From the IMG/VR virus record IMGVR_UViG_3300042350_002513: 64,000 bases of DNA. One strand, given 5' to 3'. A program made the translations under genes and the position numbers. The notes below the pieces were generated by a model, which had not been told where the DNA came from, searched no databases, and saw only the letters and a list, made by a program, of their open reading frames with translations. This document shows positions 1 to 9,319 of this stretch, one piece after another (within the stretch, counting starts at the first letter, position 1; each line of letters begins with the position of its first letter). Source of the stretch: an uncultured virus (IMG/VR IMGVR_UViG_3300042350_002513). Taxonomy: Duplodnaviria > Heunggongvirae > Uroviricota > Caudoviricetes.

Positions 1-3000
1 TTTTATTTATCTCTCTAATAGTTTGAGCGCGATTTTTTTCTATATCAATTTGATTAGAGATTTGAAGATTGATGCTATTGTATTGAGAATTTAAAGATTT
101 AAGAACTTCTTCATTTTCTTTAAGTCTCTTAGTGTTTTCTGCTAAAATTTCTCCAAGGTTTTTCGATCTTTTGGCGAAATCAAAAACGTCTATTCCTGCT
201 TTTTTGAGCGAGTCGAATAAAGAACTTAATGCTACAGTATCAAATTCAGCAAAAGCTTTGTCAAGCTGATCAATTATTTCTTCAGGAATAACTGTATTCT
301 GTTTTAACTGAGCTTTTATATTTTCTACGCTCTCTTTATTAACCATTGGTTGTGCGCCTATGCGGGAACCATAAGGCCCAATAGTCTCTTGACTATAAAT
401 AATTGCTTGAGATTTTAAAGAATCAATAAATTTAGAAAAGTCTGCTGCGGCATTTTCTCCAGTAAATTTTTTAGTTATATCTTCTGATCTAATAGAAGAG
501 GTGAATAATCTATTAAACACTTCTTGATCTTTTGGCTTTAAACTACTTCTACCCAAAAAAGAAGATTGCTTTTCAATAAATTGCGTGATAGCTAATTGTC
601 GCTCTAAATTCTTTTGCGTATTGGCCATTTCTTTATTTACTTCACCAATAGCTTCAGTAACCTTACTTATCTCCGTCCCTGCGGCTAACACTTTACTTCT
701 GAACTGTTCAGGAATACTATTTAAAGCTTCTGTTAAATTATTTTGAAACTTTAATAGTGCTTCAGGCTTTGTCTTAGGATCATTTAAAGCGTTTTGTAAA
801 CCTTCTAAAGAAGTAGAGTAATTTTGAGCGGCACCAGAAAACTCAGCAGATCTTTCTTTTGTCTCTCCCAAAGATTTATTAATTTTATCAATAGCCTCTT
901 CAGCTTTGGCATCTTTTAATTTAATAAGAGCAGATCCAGCTCCTAAAATTACTCCTGCTATTGCTCCGTAAGGGCCAAACTGTGCCCCTAAGCCAGCAAA
1001 AGAAGCTATGTCTCCTAAGCCAGAAGCTGCGGCTCTTCCTGTTTTATTTTCTGGAGATATGAATTGTCCACCAATATTTGAAGCTACACTACCAATTAAA
1101 CCAATTTGAGTGCCAAGCCCTCTAACGTATCTATCTGCTTGCCCTCCAGACGCAAAACTTGCTCTTGAAAATACAGGAGCTTGAGCCTGTCTTATATTTT
1201 CTTGCGCTTGTCTTCGTCCCTCTCTAGCGGCAGATAATTCTTCTCTTGCTCTTTTTCTTAGTTCAGATTGTTGTTTTCTTAGCTCTTCTAATCTAGCTAC
1301 TTGTTCTGGAGACGCAGCAACAGGAGAGCTTGTAACAATACCAAATGGATCTTTAGTTGTTTTCCCGACTAAAGGAGCGGTAGCAGTGCCTTGAAGTTTT
1401 AAAGTTGTTTTATTTACATTTGTAAATGTTCTTTCAATCTCATCAGATATTGCTTTTTGACTCTTTTTGAAGTCTTTTGGTATTTGTCCTATCTGTTGAG
1501 AATAAGAAGCGGCAGCAGAAGCATTTGATTTAATTAAAGTATCAGAACTACCTTTTAAAGTTCTAAGGCTTCCTGCAACTTCTTTTAAAGCAGTACTAAG
1601 AGTTCCAAAAGCAGCAATTAATATAAAAGCATCTGCGCCCCCAAACTCAGCAAAATTAGGAATATGTCCTCTTGCAGACATTCCTTTTGTCTTAGGATCT
1701 ATTCCAGCTTTTTCTGCTAATCCAATTCCATTATTAAGAGAGCCTTCTGTAGAATTATAAACACCCAATCCCATTGGATTGAAGCTAGTCTTTAATTTAT
1801 CGCTTCTACCTAATCTAACCTGAGAAGCAGAATATCCAGCAGACATTTCTCTATTCATTGCCTCCATAACTGGATTAAAATTAGGGATATAACCTGAAGC
1901 AAATCTAAAATCATCTTCGTATCCGAGACTACCTAAAGAAGATTTTCTCTTAGAAGCTAGGCCGCTTCCTAGATTAAACATTCCTGTATCAACTATGCTA
2001 ACTTTACCACCCTTAGTAAAGATAGAGCTTAAAATTCTGTCAATTTGAGCTTCTGCATCTTTGTTGTCTTTTGATTCAATAGACTTTAGTAATTTCTCAT
2101 AATTTCTTCTAGAAATCTTAGACAAGATACCTTCAGCTACTTGATTATACATCATATTGCCAAGGTTTTGAGTTAGGTCAACTGCCTCCATTCTACCTCC
2201 TGCATTAATTTGAGAAGTAGCTCTGTCGGCTATGATTTCTGCGAGTTGGACAAATCCTCTTCTTTCTCCAGTATATTCGTCTAAATTTTCAGAAATTTCT
2301 TGTGCTGTTTTTCCAGAGAAAATCTCTTTATAAATAGCACTCTTTTGTATAGCTTTTGACAATGCTCCATAAATCTTAGGAGTTTCAAAAATTGGGTTTA
2401 ATTGTTCTGCACCAATCATCTGGCCAAGCTCTTGTGAAGCTAAGTATTCATTTGCTACATTAGATTTTGTAGATGATTTGTTATCTGGGAATTGTTTTAC
2501 TCCTAGATTTCCTCTTAATGCAGAAAATGTTCCAAAAAATCCGGGTTTTCCTAATTGCATTCTAGCAAAGTTAGGAATATGACCCGATGAATAATTAGAT
2601 ACGAAATCTCTAAACTTTGAAGCTTTGCCTTGATCAATTATAGATTTGTTTTGCTTATAAGTAGAGATAATGAAGTTCATCAACTCGGGAGTTAGTGAAC
2701 CTTGAATTTCTTTTAAATAAGAGCCTACTTGCTCTGCGTTAGCTGCCCAAACGCTTGCCATTGATTTAGCATGAGCTTCTCCTTCTGTTCTATTAACTTG
2801 GTGAGCGGCTTCATGAAAAACAGTATCTAATATTTCTCTAGAATAGATGTCTCTAAATTTACCAACTGATTTTATTTTCTTTCCTTGTTTAGCTTTTTCT
2901 TGAGAAATCTTTCTAATTCTATCTATAACTGTCTCTACATGAGCAAATGGTTCAACTATAGATTTCGTACCTGCTTCTTTTGATGAAGCAGTATTTAAAC

Positions 3001-6000
3001 CCATCCAATTAGCTCCAACAGCTAAACCTCTAAACGAAGCATTAGCCATTCTTGGATCAAAAATCTCAGAAGCCTGTCCAATTGTTTGTTCAAAAACGCT
3101 TTTTAAAGCAGCACCAAAATTTTGGAATTTAGGATTTCCAGCAATACTCTCCATTGTTCCTTTAGGCAAAGAAGAAGAAACATCAAGAAGCTCAAGACCA
3201 GAACCCATTTGATAAGAAGGGACATTCCTAACGCTATCTTCTTGAGCGCGTTTTAATTGTGCAGCTAAATCCTGTACGGCAGATTTTGCCATTTTGCCTA
3301 ATGGCCCTCTTAACTCAGTTCTGTCAGTATTCCAAGGATAATTTGGATCACCTGCACCAACATTACTCCTAACATTAAACATTAAACTTTTAGGAATATA
3401 GTCTACTCCTTCTACTTTATAGTTAGCATACTTCATTCCCTCTGACAGCATGGGAATCTGAGCGTATCCATAAGTTTTTTGAGGATCTCCTTGAGGATCA
3501 AACAATATATCTACTTCTCCACCTTCTGCCGTTAAAGTTCTTTGTACTGAAGATTTACTAGGATCAAATTTAGAAAAATAATATTTTCTATAGCTAGGAT
3601 CTTCATTTCTAGTATTAATTGTTTGCCTCAATAAACCAGAAGAAGCAGTAGTAAATTTAAATGGAAGTTCTGCTACTTTTCCTGCTCTATTCTCTAAATA
3701 ACTTCCATAAGATATATAACCCTCTTTAGAAGGAGAAGCAGCGAAAGTGGTTCCCATTATTGGAGTATTCTTTTTTTCTGGATTGACTTCTCTCCAAAAC
3801 ATTTTTAACCCATCAAAATTTAAATCACCTCTTGGTTGATTAAAAAGAGTTTCATCTAAACTTATTTTGCCCTTTTGTATGAAATTATTCCATCCTTCTG
3901 GGGTTCCAGAAACAATTGTTCTTATCTTTCTACCATTTATTTCTTTTATAGTATCAAGAAGGAACTTCTTGGAACCCATGAAAATAGAAGCTTTTCCCAT
4001 TCCAAATCCAGATAATCCTTTATTACCTCCTTCATTTCCTGTTTGAGCATATGGTAAAAATTTAGTGAATACATCTTCTGGAGACATTCCAGTACCAACA
4101 TCACTAATTGCAAACTCATTTGGCTTTCCATATCCGCTTACTCCAATGAAAACTCCCTTTTCTTGTCCTGATTGACCGTGAGCGACAGCGTTTTGCAAAG
4201 ACTCTCTAAATACTGTTTCGGGATTAATATCCATTTGTGCTAAATTAATTCCCATTAGTCTAGCGGTATTTACTGTTTGAAAGTCTTTTTGAGCAAAATT
4301 TGGTATAAAACCTTTTGAAAATCCAGTACTAAGCTGACTTACCTTTTTTTCTTGAGCCTTAAAATGCTCTGCCATTTGTAGGCCGAATTTCTTCTTAACT
4401 TTACCAATAAACGATCTTACAGCATCATCATTATTTCTTAATTTATAATCTCCATATTGATCTCCAAATCCGGGGAAAAACTGTCTTACATTTCCAATAT
4501 TTCCCCCAATTACGTCAAAATCTCCAACACCACCACCAGATTGATCTCTTGTGTAATTAGCGGCTAAATTAGTAGAAGCTTCAAAAATAGTACCAGCAAG
4601 AACAGAATAATTTTTACCTGCCTTATTAAAAAATTCATCAACAGAAGCATCCGAATATTCTCCGGGTCTAATATAATTAGCAATTTGTTTTGTTGTTCTG
4701 CGAGAGAAATCTGCTGTTTGTGTAATTAGATTAGTTTTTTCTTCGTTTTGAGAAGACGAATTTAAAGCATAAGATTTAATCTTAAAAGCTCTTCCGTCTT
4801 CTTTTCTCTTAGTTAATATTTCTTCGGTCTTTTCATCTGCAAATAGTTCCTTATTTTTTGCATCTAAATCAAATACAAGCATTGAAGCAGGAGGAACGTA
4901 AGGCTCGTAAACTTGTCTAATTCCTTCTTTAATATTTTCTTGACCTGCTATTTTCTTTCCGGGGGCAAAGTCGCGTCTTATGGTATTTAAATCTGATATA
5001 GCTCCAGATTTCCATCTTGGATCATCTTTTAAAATACTATCTGGAACATATTTTCTAATATCTCCATAAGTGGCTCCTCTTCTAACAAATGTATTTAAAT
5101 CATTTGCAGTAAAAGCAGAACCATCAGTTTTATAAAAACCTTTATCTTGACTCCAAGCTGCCGATGTTCCAGTTGTAATTTGAGAAAGAGAAACGGGAGC
5201 AGATAGACCAGACCCAAGCCACCAATCATTATCTCCATAAGAAGGATTGGTTAAAGGTTTTGGAGCAAAATTAGGAATGAATCCTTTAGCCATGTAAGGA
5301 TTAATTCCATTTTTAGCCATGGATTTTGAAGCTAATTGAGTTGCTGCGCGAGATCCTTGAGGAGGAAGAATATAAGGTTGAGCGAAACCGGGAATATATT
5401 TAACTGTTTCGGCAGTATTCATTATTCCGCCAATTGACTTTGGAGCAGCAACTACTCTACCGGGAGTATAACCACCTTGCATAGCTCCAACCATCTCTGC
5501 GGCTTGCTGTTTAGCTGGAATATACCCTTCTGCGCTTCTTCTTCCAACAATAGTATTCTTTTCAGAAACTCTTAAGCCTGAAGCTAAAAATCTACCGCCT
5601 ATATCAATAGAAGAATTTTTAATTTGTTCCGATAAAGCAGCTTGCTCTATAAGAGTTTGTTTTATTTGCTGCTCTACTTGCAAGCGGGTTCTAGATCCAG
5701 AGATAATGTCTTTAATTAGATCAGGATTATCAGAAAGAATTTTACCAATTTCTGATTGTAAAACAGCTTGTTGCCTTCCAAGAGTATTTAGCCCCAAAAG
5801 ATTTTTAGTCGCATCTCCAGCGAATTTAGTAAAGTTAGCTAATAGTTTTCCAATTGCAAAAGCTCCAATACCTAAACCGGGACCAGTTATAAAATTAGTA
5901 ACGCCACTTAATACACCAGTCGCAATTTTTTCGCCAACTCCCTCTGCGTCTTTTTCATTGTAAGACTCTAAGCTTGAATTAATATAGCCTAAAACTTTTC

Positions 6001-7165
6001 TAATTCCGGGTCCAACGCTTGCTTCTCCAATTGAGGTAGCAAATTTTGTGAAATTAATAGTTGTCTCATTAAGTAAAGCAGAAAGGCTTTCGTTTAATGC
6101 TTTATTCTTTAATATAGCTTCGTCTGCTGCCTTAGAGGAAGTTCTTGTAGCTTCTGCGAATGCAGAATTTTGTTTTGATACGTCTGCTAATGCCGCTTTT
6201 AAAATGTTAATTTGATAAACACCACCAACAAGTTCAGCAACTTGAGATTTAATAACAGGATTTAAATTTTGAAATGACTGAGCCAAGTTTTCAATAACTT
6301 TAATCGTTGGCAAAGCATTTCCTGAAATATCAGTAACAGCAATACCAAAGTCTTTCAAATCACTGATAACTTGAGGTCTTTCTATTCTTGTAAAAATAGT
6401 CTTTAAAGCGTTACCGATTACAGCACCACCACGGGCAGTTGTTTGCTGAACAGAAGTAACAATACCTAACAATTCATCAAAACTAACTCCAGCTTCGCTG
6501 GCTGAAGAACCTACACGCTGAATAGCTTCGGACAAGTCTCTAGAACTAACTGCGAATTTAGCGTCAACGGCGGCTAACTTATTTACTACATCAGTTGTAG
6601 TGAGAGCTTCTTTTGTAAATGAGTTTACAGCAGCAGTAAGAGCCTCAGTACTAGAAACGACATCAAGACCAGAAAGACGAGTTAAGATAAGAGCATCTCT
6701 TGTTCTCTTTAATGTCTCTTCTAATCCCAAACCTTGTCTTGAAAATTCTGTTGCAGCACTGGCTACATCTTTAAAAGCCGATCCAGTATTTTTTGCTACA
6801 CTAAATAACTGATCTCCAAATTGCTTGATACCCTTAGAAGATGTATTTAATACTACATTGATATCAGTAAGAGACTTTTCTACTTCGATAGTAGTATTTA
6901 CTAAAGAGGAAAATGACTTTTGAACTGCAAAAATAAGACCAGCAGAAGCTCCGAATGCGACTACACGGGCATTTGAAGCTTCCAAAGACTTTTGGAATTC
7001 ATTAGCTAAACCAGTAATTTTACCCAGTGGTTGAGAAAAATTTCTTGTATTTAGAGAAAGATTACTCTTGCTCTGGATACGGTTCAACGCCGACAACACA
7101 TCTTTTTCAAGTTGCGCGGCAGCAAATGTCGCTGAAATGGGAATATTTCCTGCTGATGTAGCCAT
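1..7165 (-). CDS. Tape measure protein (partial, runs off the left end), with inserted enzyme-like domains
   Basis: Not in the ORF track because there is no stop in the window. Hand translation from ATG 7165 gives MATSAGNIPIS...ASAATEFSRQGLG...VVNKLAAVDAKFAVSSRDLSEAIQRVGSSASEAGVSFDELLGIVTSVQQTTARGGAVIGNALKTIFTR, a TP901-type TMP domain. Frame spot-checked open at 5284, 4312, 2584, 1894, 1669 and position 2. Follows the chaperone and tube genes. Confidence 0.9.
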   Translation of the reverse strand, partial: MATSAGNIPISATFAAAQLEKDVLSALNRIQSKSNLSLNTRNFSQPLGKITGLANEFQKSLEASNARVVAFGASAGLIFAVQKSFSSLVNTTIEVEKSLTDINVVLNTSSKGIKQFGDQLFSVAKNTGSAFKDVASAATEFSRQGLGLEETLKRTRDALILTRLSGLDVVSSTEALTAAVNSFTKEALTTTDVVNKLAAVDAKFAVSSRDLSEAIQRVGSSASEAGVSFDELLGIVTSVQQTTARGGAVIGNALKTIFTRIERPQVISDLKDFGIAVTDISGNALPTIKVIENLAQSFQNLNPVIKSQVAELVGGVYQINILKAALADVSKQNSAFAEATRTSSKAADEAILKNKALNESLSALLNETTINFTKFATSIGEASVGPGIRKVLGYINSSLESYNEKDAEGVGEKIATGVLSGVTNFITGPGLGIGAFAIGKLLANFTKFAGDATKNLLGLNTLGRQQAVLQSEIGKILSDNPDLIKDIISGSRTRLQVEQQIKQTLIEQAALSEQIKNSSIDIGGRFLASGLRVSEKNTIVGRRSAEGYIPAKQQAAEMVGAMQGGYTPGRVVAAPKSIGGIMNTAETVKYIPGFAQPYILPPQGSRAATQLASKSMAKNGINPYMAKGFIPNFAPKPLTNPSYGDNDWWLGSGLSAPVSLSQITTGTSAAWSQDKGFYKTDGSAFTANDLNTFVRRGATYGDIRKYVPDSILKDDPRWKSGAISDLNTIRRDFAPGKKIAGQENIKEGIRQVYEPYVPPASMLVFDLDAKNKELFADEKTEEILTKRKEDGRAFKIKSYALNSSSQNEEKTNLITQTADFSRRTTKQIANYIRPGEYSDASVDEFFNKAGKNYSVLAGTIFEASTNLAANYTRDQSGGGVGDFDVIGGNIGNVRQFFPGFGDQYGDYKLRNNDDAVRSFIGKVKKKFGLQMAEHFKAQEKKVSQLSTGFSKGFIPNFAQKDFQTVNTARLMGINLAQMDINPETVFRESLQNAVAHGQSGQEKGVFIGVSGYGKPNEFAISDVGTGMSPEDVFTKFLPYAQTGNEGGNKGLSGFGMGKASIFMGSKKFLLDTIKEINGRKIRTIVSGTPEGWNNFIQKGKISLDETLFNQPRGDLNFDGLKMFWREVNPEKKNTPIMGTTFAASPSKEGYISYGSYLENRAGKVAELPFKFTTASSGLLRQTINTRNEDPSYRKYYFSKFDPSKSSVQRTLTAEGGEVDILFDPQGDPQKTYGYAQIPMLSEGMKYANYKVEGVDYIPKSLMFNVRSNVGAGDPNYPWNTDRTELRGPLGKMAKSAVQDLAAQLKRAQEDSVRNVPSYQMGSGLELLDVSSSLPKGTMESIAGNPKFQNFGAALKSVFEQTIGQASEIFDPRMANASFRGLAVGANWMGLNTASSKEAGTKSIVEPFAHVETVIDRIRKISQEKAKQGKKIKSVGKFRDIYSREILDTVFHEAAHQVNRTEGEAHAKSMASVWAANAEQVGSYLKEIQGSLTPELMNFIISTYKQNKSIIDQGKASKFRDFVSNYSSGHIPNFARMQLGKPGFFGTFSALRGNLGVKQFPDNKSSTKSNVANEYLASQELGQMIGAEQLNPIFETPKIYGALSKAIQKSAIYKEIFSGKTAQEISENLDEYTGERRGFVQLAEIIADRATSQINAGGRMEAVDLTQNLGNMMYNQVAEGILSKISRRNYEKLLKSIESKDNKDAEAQIDRILSSIFTKGGKVSIVDTGMFNLGSGLASKRKSSLGSLGYEDDFRFASGYIPNFNPVMEAMNREMSAGYSASQVRLGRSDKLKTSFNPMGLGVYNSTEGSLNNGIGLAEKAGIDPKTKGMSARGHIPNFAEFGGADAFILIAAFGTLSTALKEVAGSLRTLKGSSDTLIKSNASAAASYSQQIGQIPKDFKKSQKAISDEIERTFTNVNKTTLKLQGTATAPLVGKTTKDPFGIVTSSPVAASPEQVARLEELRKQQSELRKRAREELSAAREGRRQAQENIRQAQAPVFSRASFASGGQADRYVRGLGTQIGLIGSVASNIGGQFISPENKTGRAAASGLGDIASFAGLGAQFGPYGAIAGVILGAGSALIKLKDAKAEEAIDKINKSLGETKERSAEFSGAAQNYSTSLEGLQNALNDPKTKPEALLKFQNNLTEALNSIPEQFRSKVLAAGTEISKVTEAIGEVNKEMANTQKNLERQLAITQFIEKQSSFLGRSSLKPKDQEVFNRLFTSSIRSEDITKKFTGENAAADFSKFIDSLKSQAIIYSQETIGPYGSRIGAQPMVNKESVENIKAQLKQNTVIPEEIIDQLDKAFAEFDTVALSSLFDSLKKAGIDVFDFAKRSKNLGEILAENTKRLKENEEVLKSLNSQYNSINLQISNQIDIEKNRAQTIREINK

Positions 7166-7193
7166 ATATCCTTAAACCTAAGAATAATTACAC

Positions 7194-8210
7194 TTAAACG
7201 CCGTGTAATTTGATTAAATCTTCAAAACTTAATGAGCCGCCTTTTTTCTTTGCGGCTTCATCTAGAGAGATGGCTCCAGTATTGTCTTGCTTTAATTTCT
7301 TTAGGTCTTCCTTGGTAGCTCCCATCACAGAAACGGCTTGGACAGCGGTTTCTTTGCCTGAAGCCGCATTTTTATCTTCATGCAGTTTTTCAAGATTACT
7401 ACTAGACTCATACCAATCAATAATCTTATCTACATCATCATTATATTCATCAGGATGCTTGACGCTAGACTTGCTCATCAAGTCTTTGAAGTATCTAGCG
7501 TATCCAAACAATTCAACCTGATAGAATGTCAAATGAGTAACTGGTTTACCAAAGAAAAAGAATGGATTATCGTCTGCTAAGTAAAAATAATTAAGGAAAA
7601 AGCCGCTAACTCCTATTCTTTTTATATTATGGTTATTGAACTTTTGGGCGCATTTAGAATAAGCACCGACTAAATTAAATAACTCAACTTGATCTATATC
7701 TTCAAATTCTTCTAATGTAAAAGCCTGTTTTTCGCATTTTTCATCAAGGTATACAGAATAATAAATATAAAACTCATTCATTCTTTTGCCCGAATAAGTC
7801 TCGCAAGTGTTTTCTAGGAGATCGTCTTTCTTTTGCTGTAACCGATTAGTTTCTTCAGTTATCTCTTTCATCTGCCTATCAATATTCTCCAAGTCTCTAG
7901 TTAAGTATAATTTGCGGCGAGTTTTCATTAAATTCGCAAGAGTAAGTCTATTATTTTCTATCTTTTTATCGTCTTTTTCGTTGTATATATTTTCTTTAAT
8001 TAGCTCTTTTATCTTTTCTTCGTTTGTTGGAATACCTTGGGATTTAGCTTTGTTATAATAGTAATTTTCTTGAACTTCAATTGTTCCTGCGTCTTTTGGA
8101 GACATATGCTTAACATAGTAAGTCTTACCATTTAATTTAAATGAAGAAGACCCAGTTACTATATCCCAATAAAGAGATTTTAGATTTTTATTAAAAGCTT
8201 CTAGATCCAT
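7194..8210 (-). CDS. Probable tail assembly chaperone
   Basis: 338-aa charged helical ORF directly upstream of the TMP; function from position only. Confidence 0.5.
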   Translation of the reverse strand: MDLEAFNKNLKSLYWDIVTGSSSFKLNGKTYYVKHMSPKDAGTIEVQENYYYNKAKSQGIPTNEEKIKELIKENIYNEKDDKKIENNRLTLANLMKTRRKLYLTRDLENIDRQMKEITEETNRLQQKKDDLLENTCETYSGKRMNEFYIYYSVYLDEKCEKQAFTLEEFEDIDQVELFNLVGAYSKCAQKFNNHNIKRIGVSGFFLNYFYLADDNPFFFFGKPVTHLTFYQVELFGYARYFKDLMSKSSVKHPDEYNDDVDKIIDWYESSSNLEKLHEDKNAASGKETAVQAVSVMGATKEDLKKLKQDNTGAISLDEAAKKKGGSLSFEDLIKLHGV

Positions 8211-8215
8211 ATACT

Positions 8216-8241
8216 AAAAAGCCCCCGCTCTCGCAGGGGCT
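8216..8241 (-). terminator. Intrinsic terminator
   Basis: AAAAAGCCCC...GGGGCT hairpin with a U-tract on the minus strand. Confidence 0.65.
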
Positions 8242-8262
8242 AGGATTAATTAACGCAAGAAA

Positions 8263-9003
8263 TTAAAAGATTTTTTGTTCTAACTTTAGCACATCGAAGT
8301 CCTCCTTCGAATTTGCTCTACCGACGTACCAGAAACTAATAAAGTAAATGAAAGCGTTAGCTACTTTTACTAGATGAGGATCTTCTGATTCAAAGATTTC
8401 GTCATACCTGTTCATTCGGGCTTCATAATCTCCTTCACCAAAGAATGGTTGTTTCTCCCCGTTTTTCTCATAGTATGACAAAAATAATATCCACCAAGTA
8501 ATTACTTTATTACGCGCCCTTGTTTCTGCGGTATTGTCAAACAACGACTCTTTTTGTACCTCTAGTTCTGTTAGAGAGTTTTTAATTACAGTAATCTTGG
8601 TTTCTAGCTCTTCTTTTTTAGCTGTAAAATAATCTGGTCGATCTTTCTCTTCTAAAGCAAGAAGTCTTTGCAACTCGTTTTGAGCATCATACAAATCCTT
8701 ATAAGCATCTGCTTCTGCGTTTTTAGTTCTATCTGCTAAAATTCCACCATCATCAACATATCTCTTATTTAGTAGAGTACGAGTAAGAAGACCAGCTTTT
8801 ACTCCTTCAGAAAGCTTAACGCCATAAAACAATTCAGCTTCGTCAAACAAAGCTCTAGTAGGCTTTTTGATAAAATAGTTATGAGGAATCTGAGTAGTTA
8901 CGTCTTTAGTAATCGTGACTTTTTGACCAGCCTCGTTTACAGACTCTTCTGTTTCTTTTACAACACCTTCTTTATTTATTGCAAATTCGTATATCGTTTT
9001 CAT
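8263..9003 (-). CDS. Probable tail assembly chaperone
   Basis: 246-aa ORF between tail tube gene and TMP; function from position only. Confidence 0.5.
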   Translation of the reverse strand: MKTIYEFAINKEGVVKETEESVNEAGQKVTITKDVTTQIPHNYFIKKPTRALFDEAELFYGVKLSEGVKAGLLTRTLLNKRYVDDGGILADRTKNAEADAYKDLYDAQNELQRLLALEEKDRPDYFTAKKEELETKITVIKNSLTELEVQKESLFDNTAETRARNKVITWWILFLSYYEKNGEKQPFFGEGDYEARMNRYDEIFESEDPHLVKVANAFIYFISFWYVGRANSKEDFDVLKLEQKIF

Positions 9004-9221
9004 TATAAATCTATATTATTTAGTTCTTCTTCGAACTGTCTGATGGTATCATTGCCAGAATCAAGAACTTTTTTTCTTAGCCTTTGATACTTATCTTCAG
9101 AGATATTATAACCATCTTCTTTTAAATCTTCAAGTAAGATTAAAAAGTTTTTATATAGATTAATAACTTTACGCCGATTTTGAAAGAGAATAAACTCTTT
9201 CATTTTTATATCCATAGCCAT
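9003..9221 (-). CDS. Hypothetical protein
   Basis: 72-aa ORF whose stop overlaps the next start codon. Confidence 0.7.
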   Translation of the reverse strand: MAMDIKMKEFILFQNRRKVINLYKNFLILLEDLKEDGYNISEDKYQRLRKKVLDSGNDTIRQFEEELNNIDL

Positions 9222-9270
9222 AATACCTTTGAAATGCCTTTACCTAATAATCTTTACACGCATAAAAACA

Positions 9271-9300
9271 AAAAAGCCCCAGTTTTTAGGCTGGGGCTTT
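9271..9300 (-). terminator. Intrinsic terminator after tail tube gene
   Basis: AAAAAGCCCCAG-loop-CTGGGGCTTT hairpin. Confidence 0.8.
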
Positions 9301-9319
9301 GAAGTTGATATTTATTTAA

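Noticed and set aside
1..7165. Non-coding or recoded region (almost empty in the ORF track)
   Set aside because: It is one long standard-code ORF with no stop inside the window; other genes are also intact in the standard code, so there is no sign of stop-codon reassignment
7194..9003. Programmed frameshift joining the two tail chaperone genes
   Set aside because: The genes are separated by a 52-bp gap containing a terminator-like hairpin, and I saw no convincing slippery heptamer
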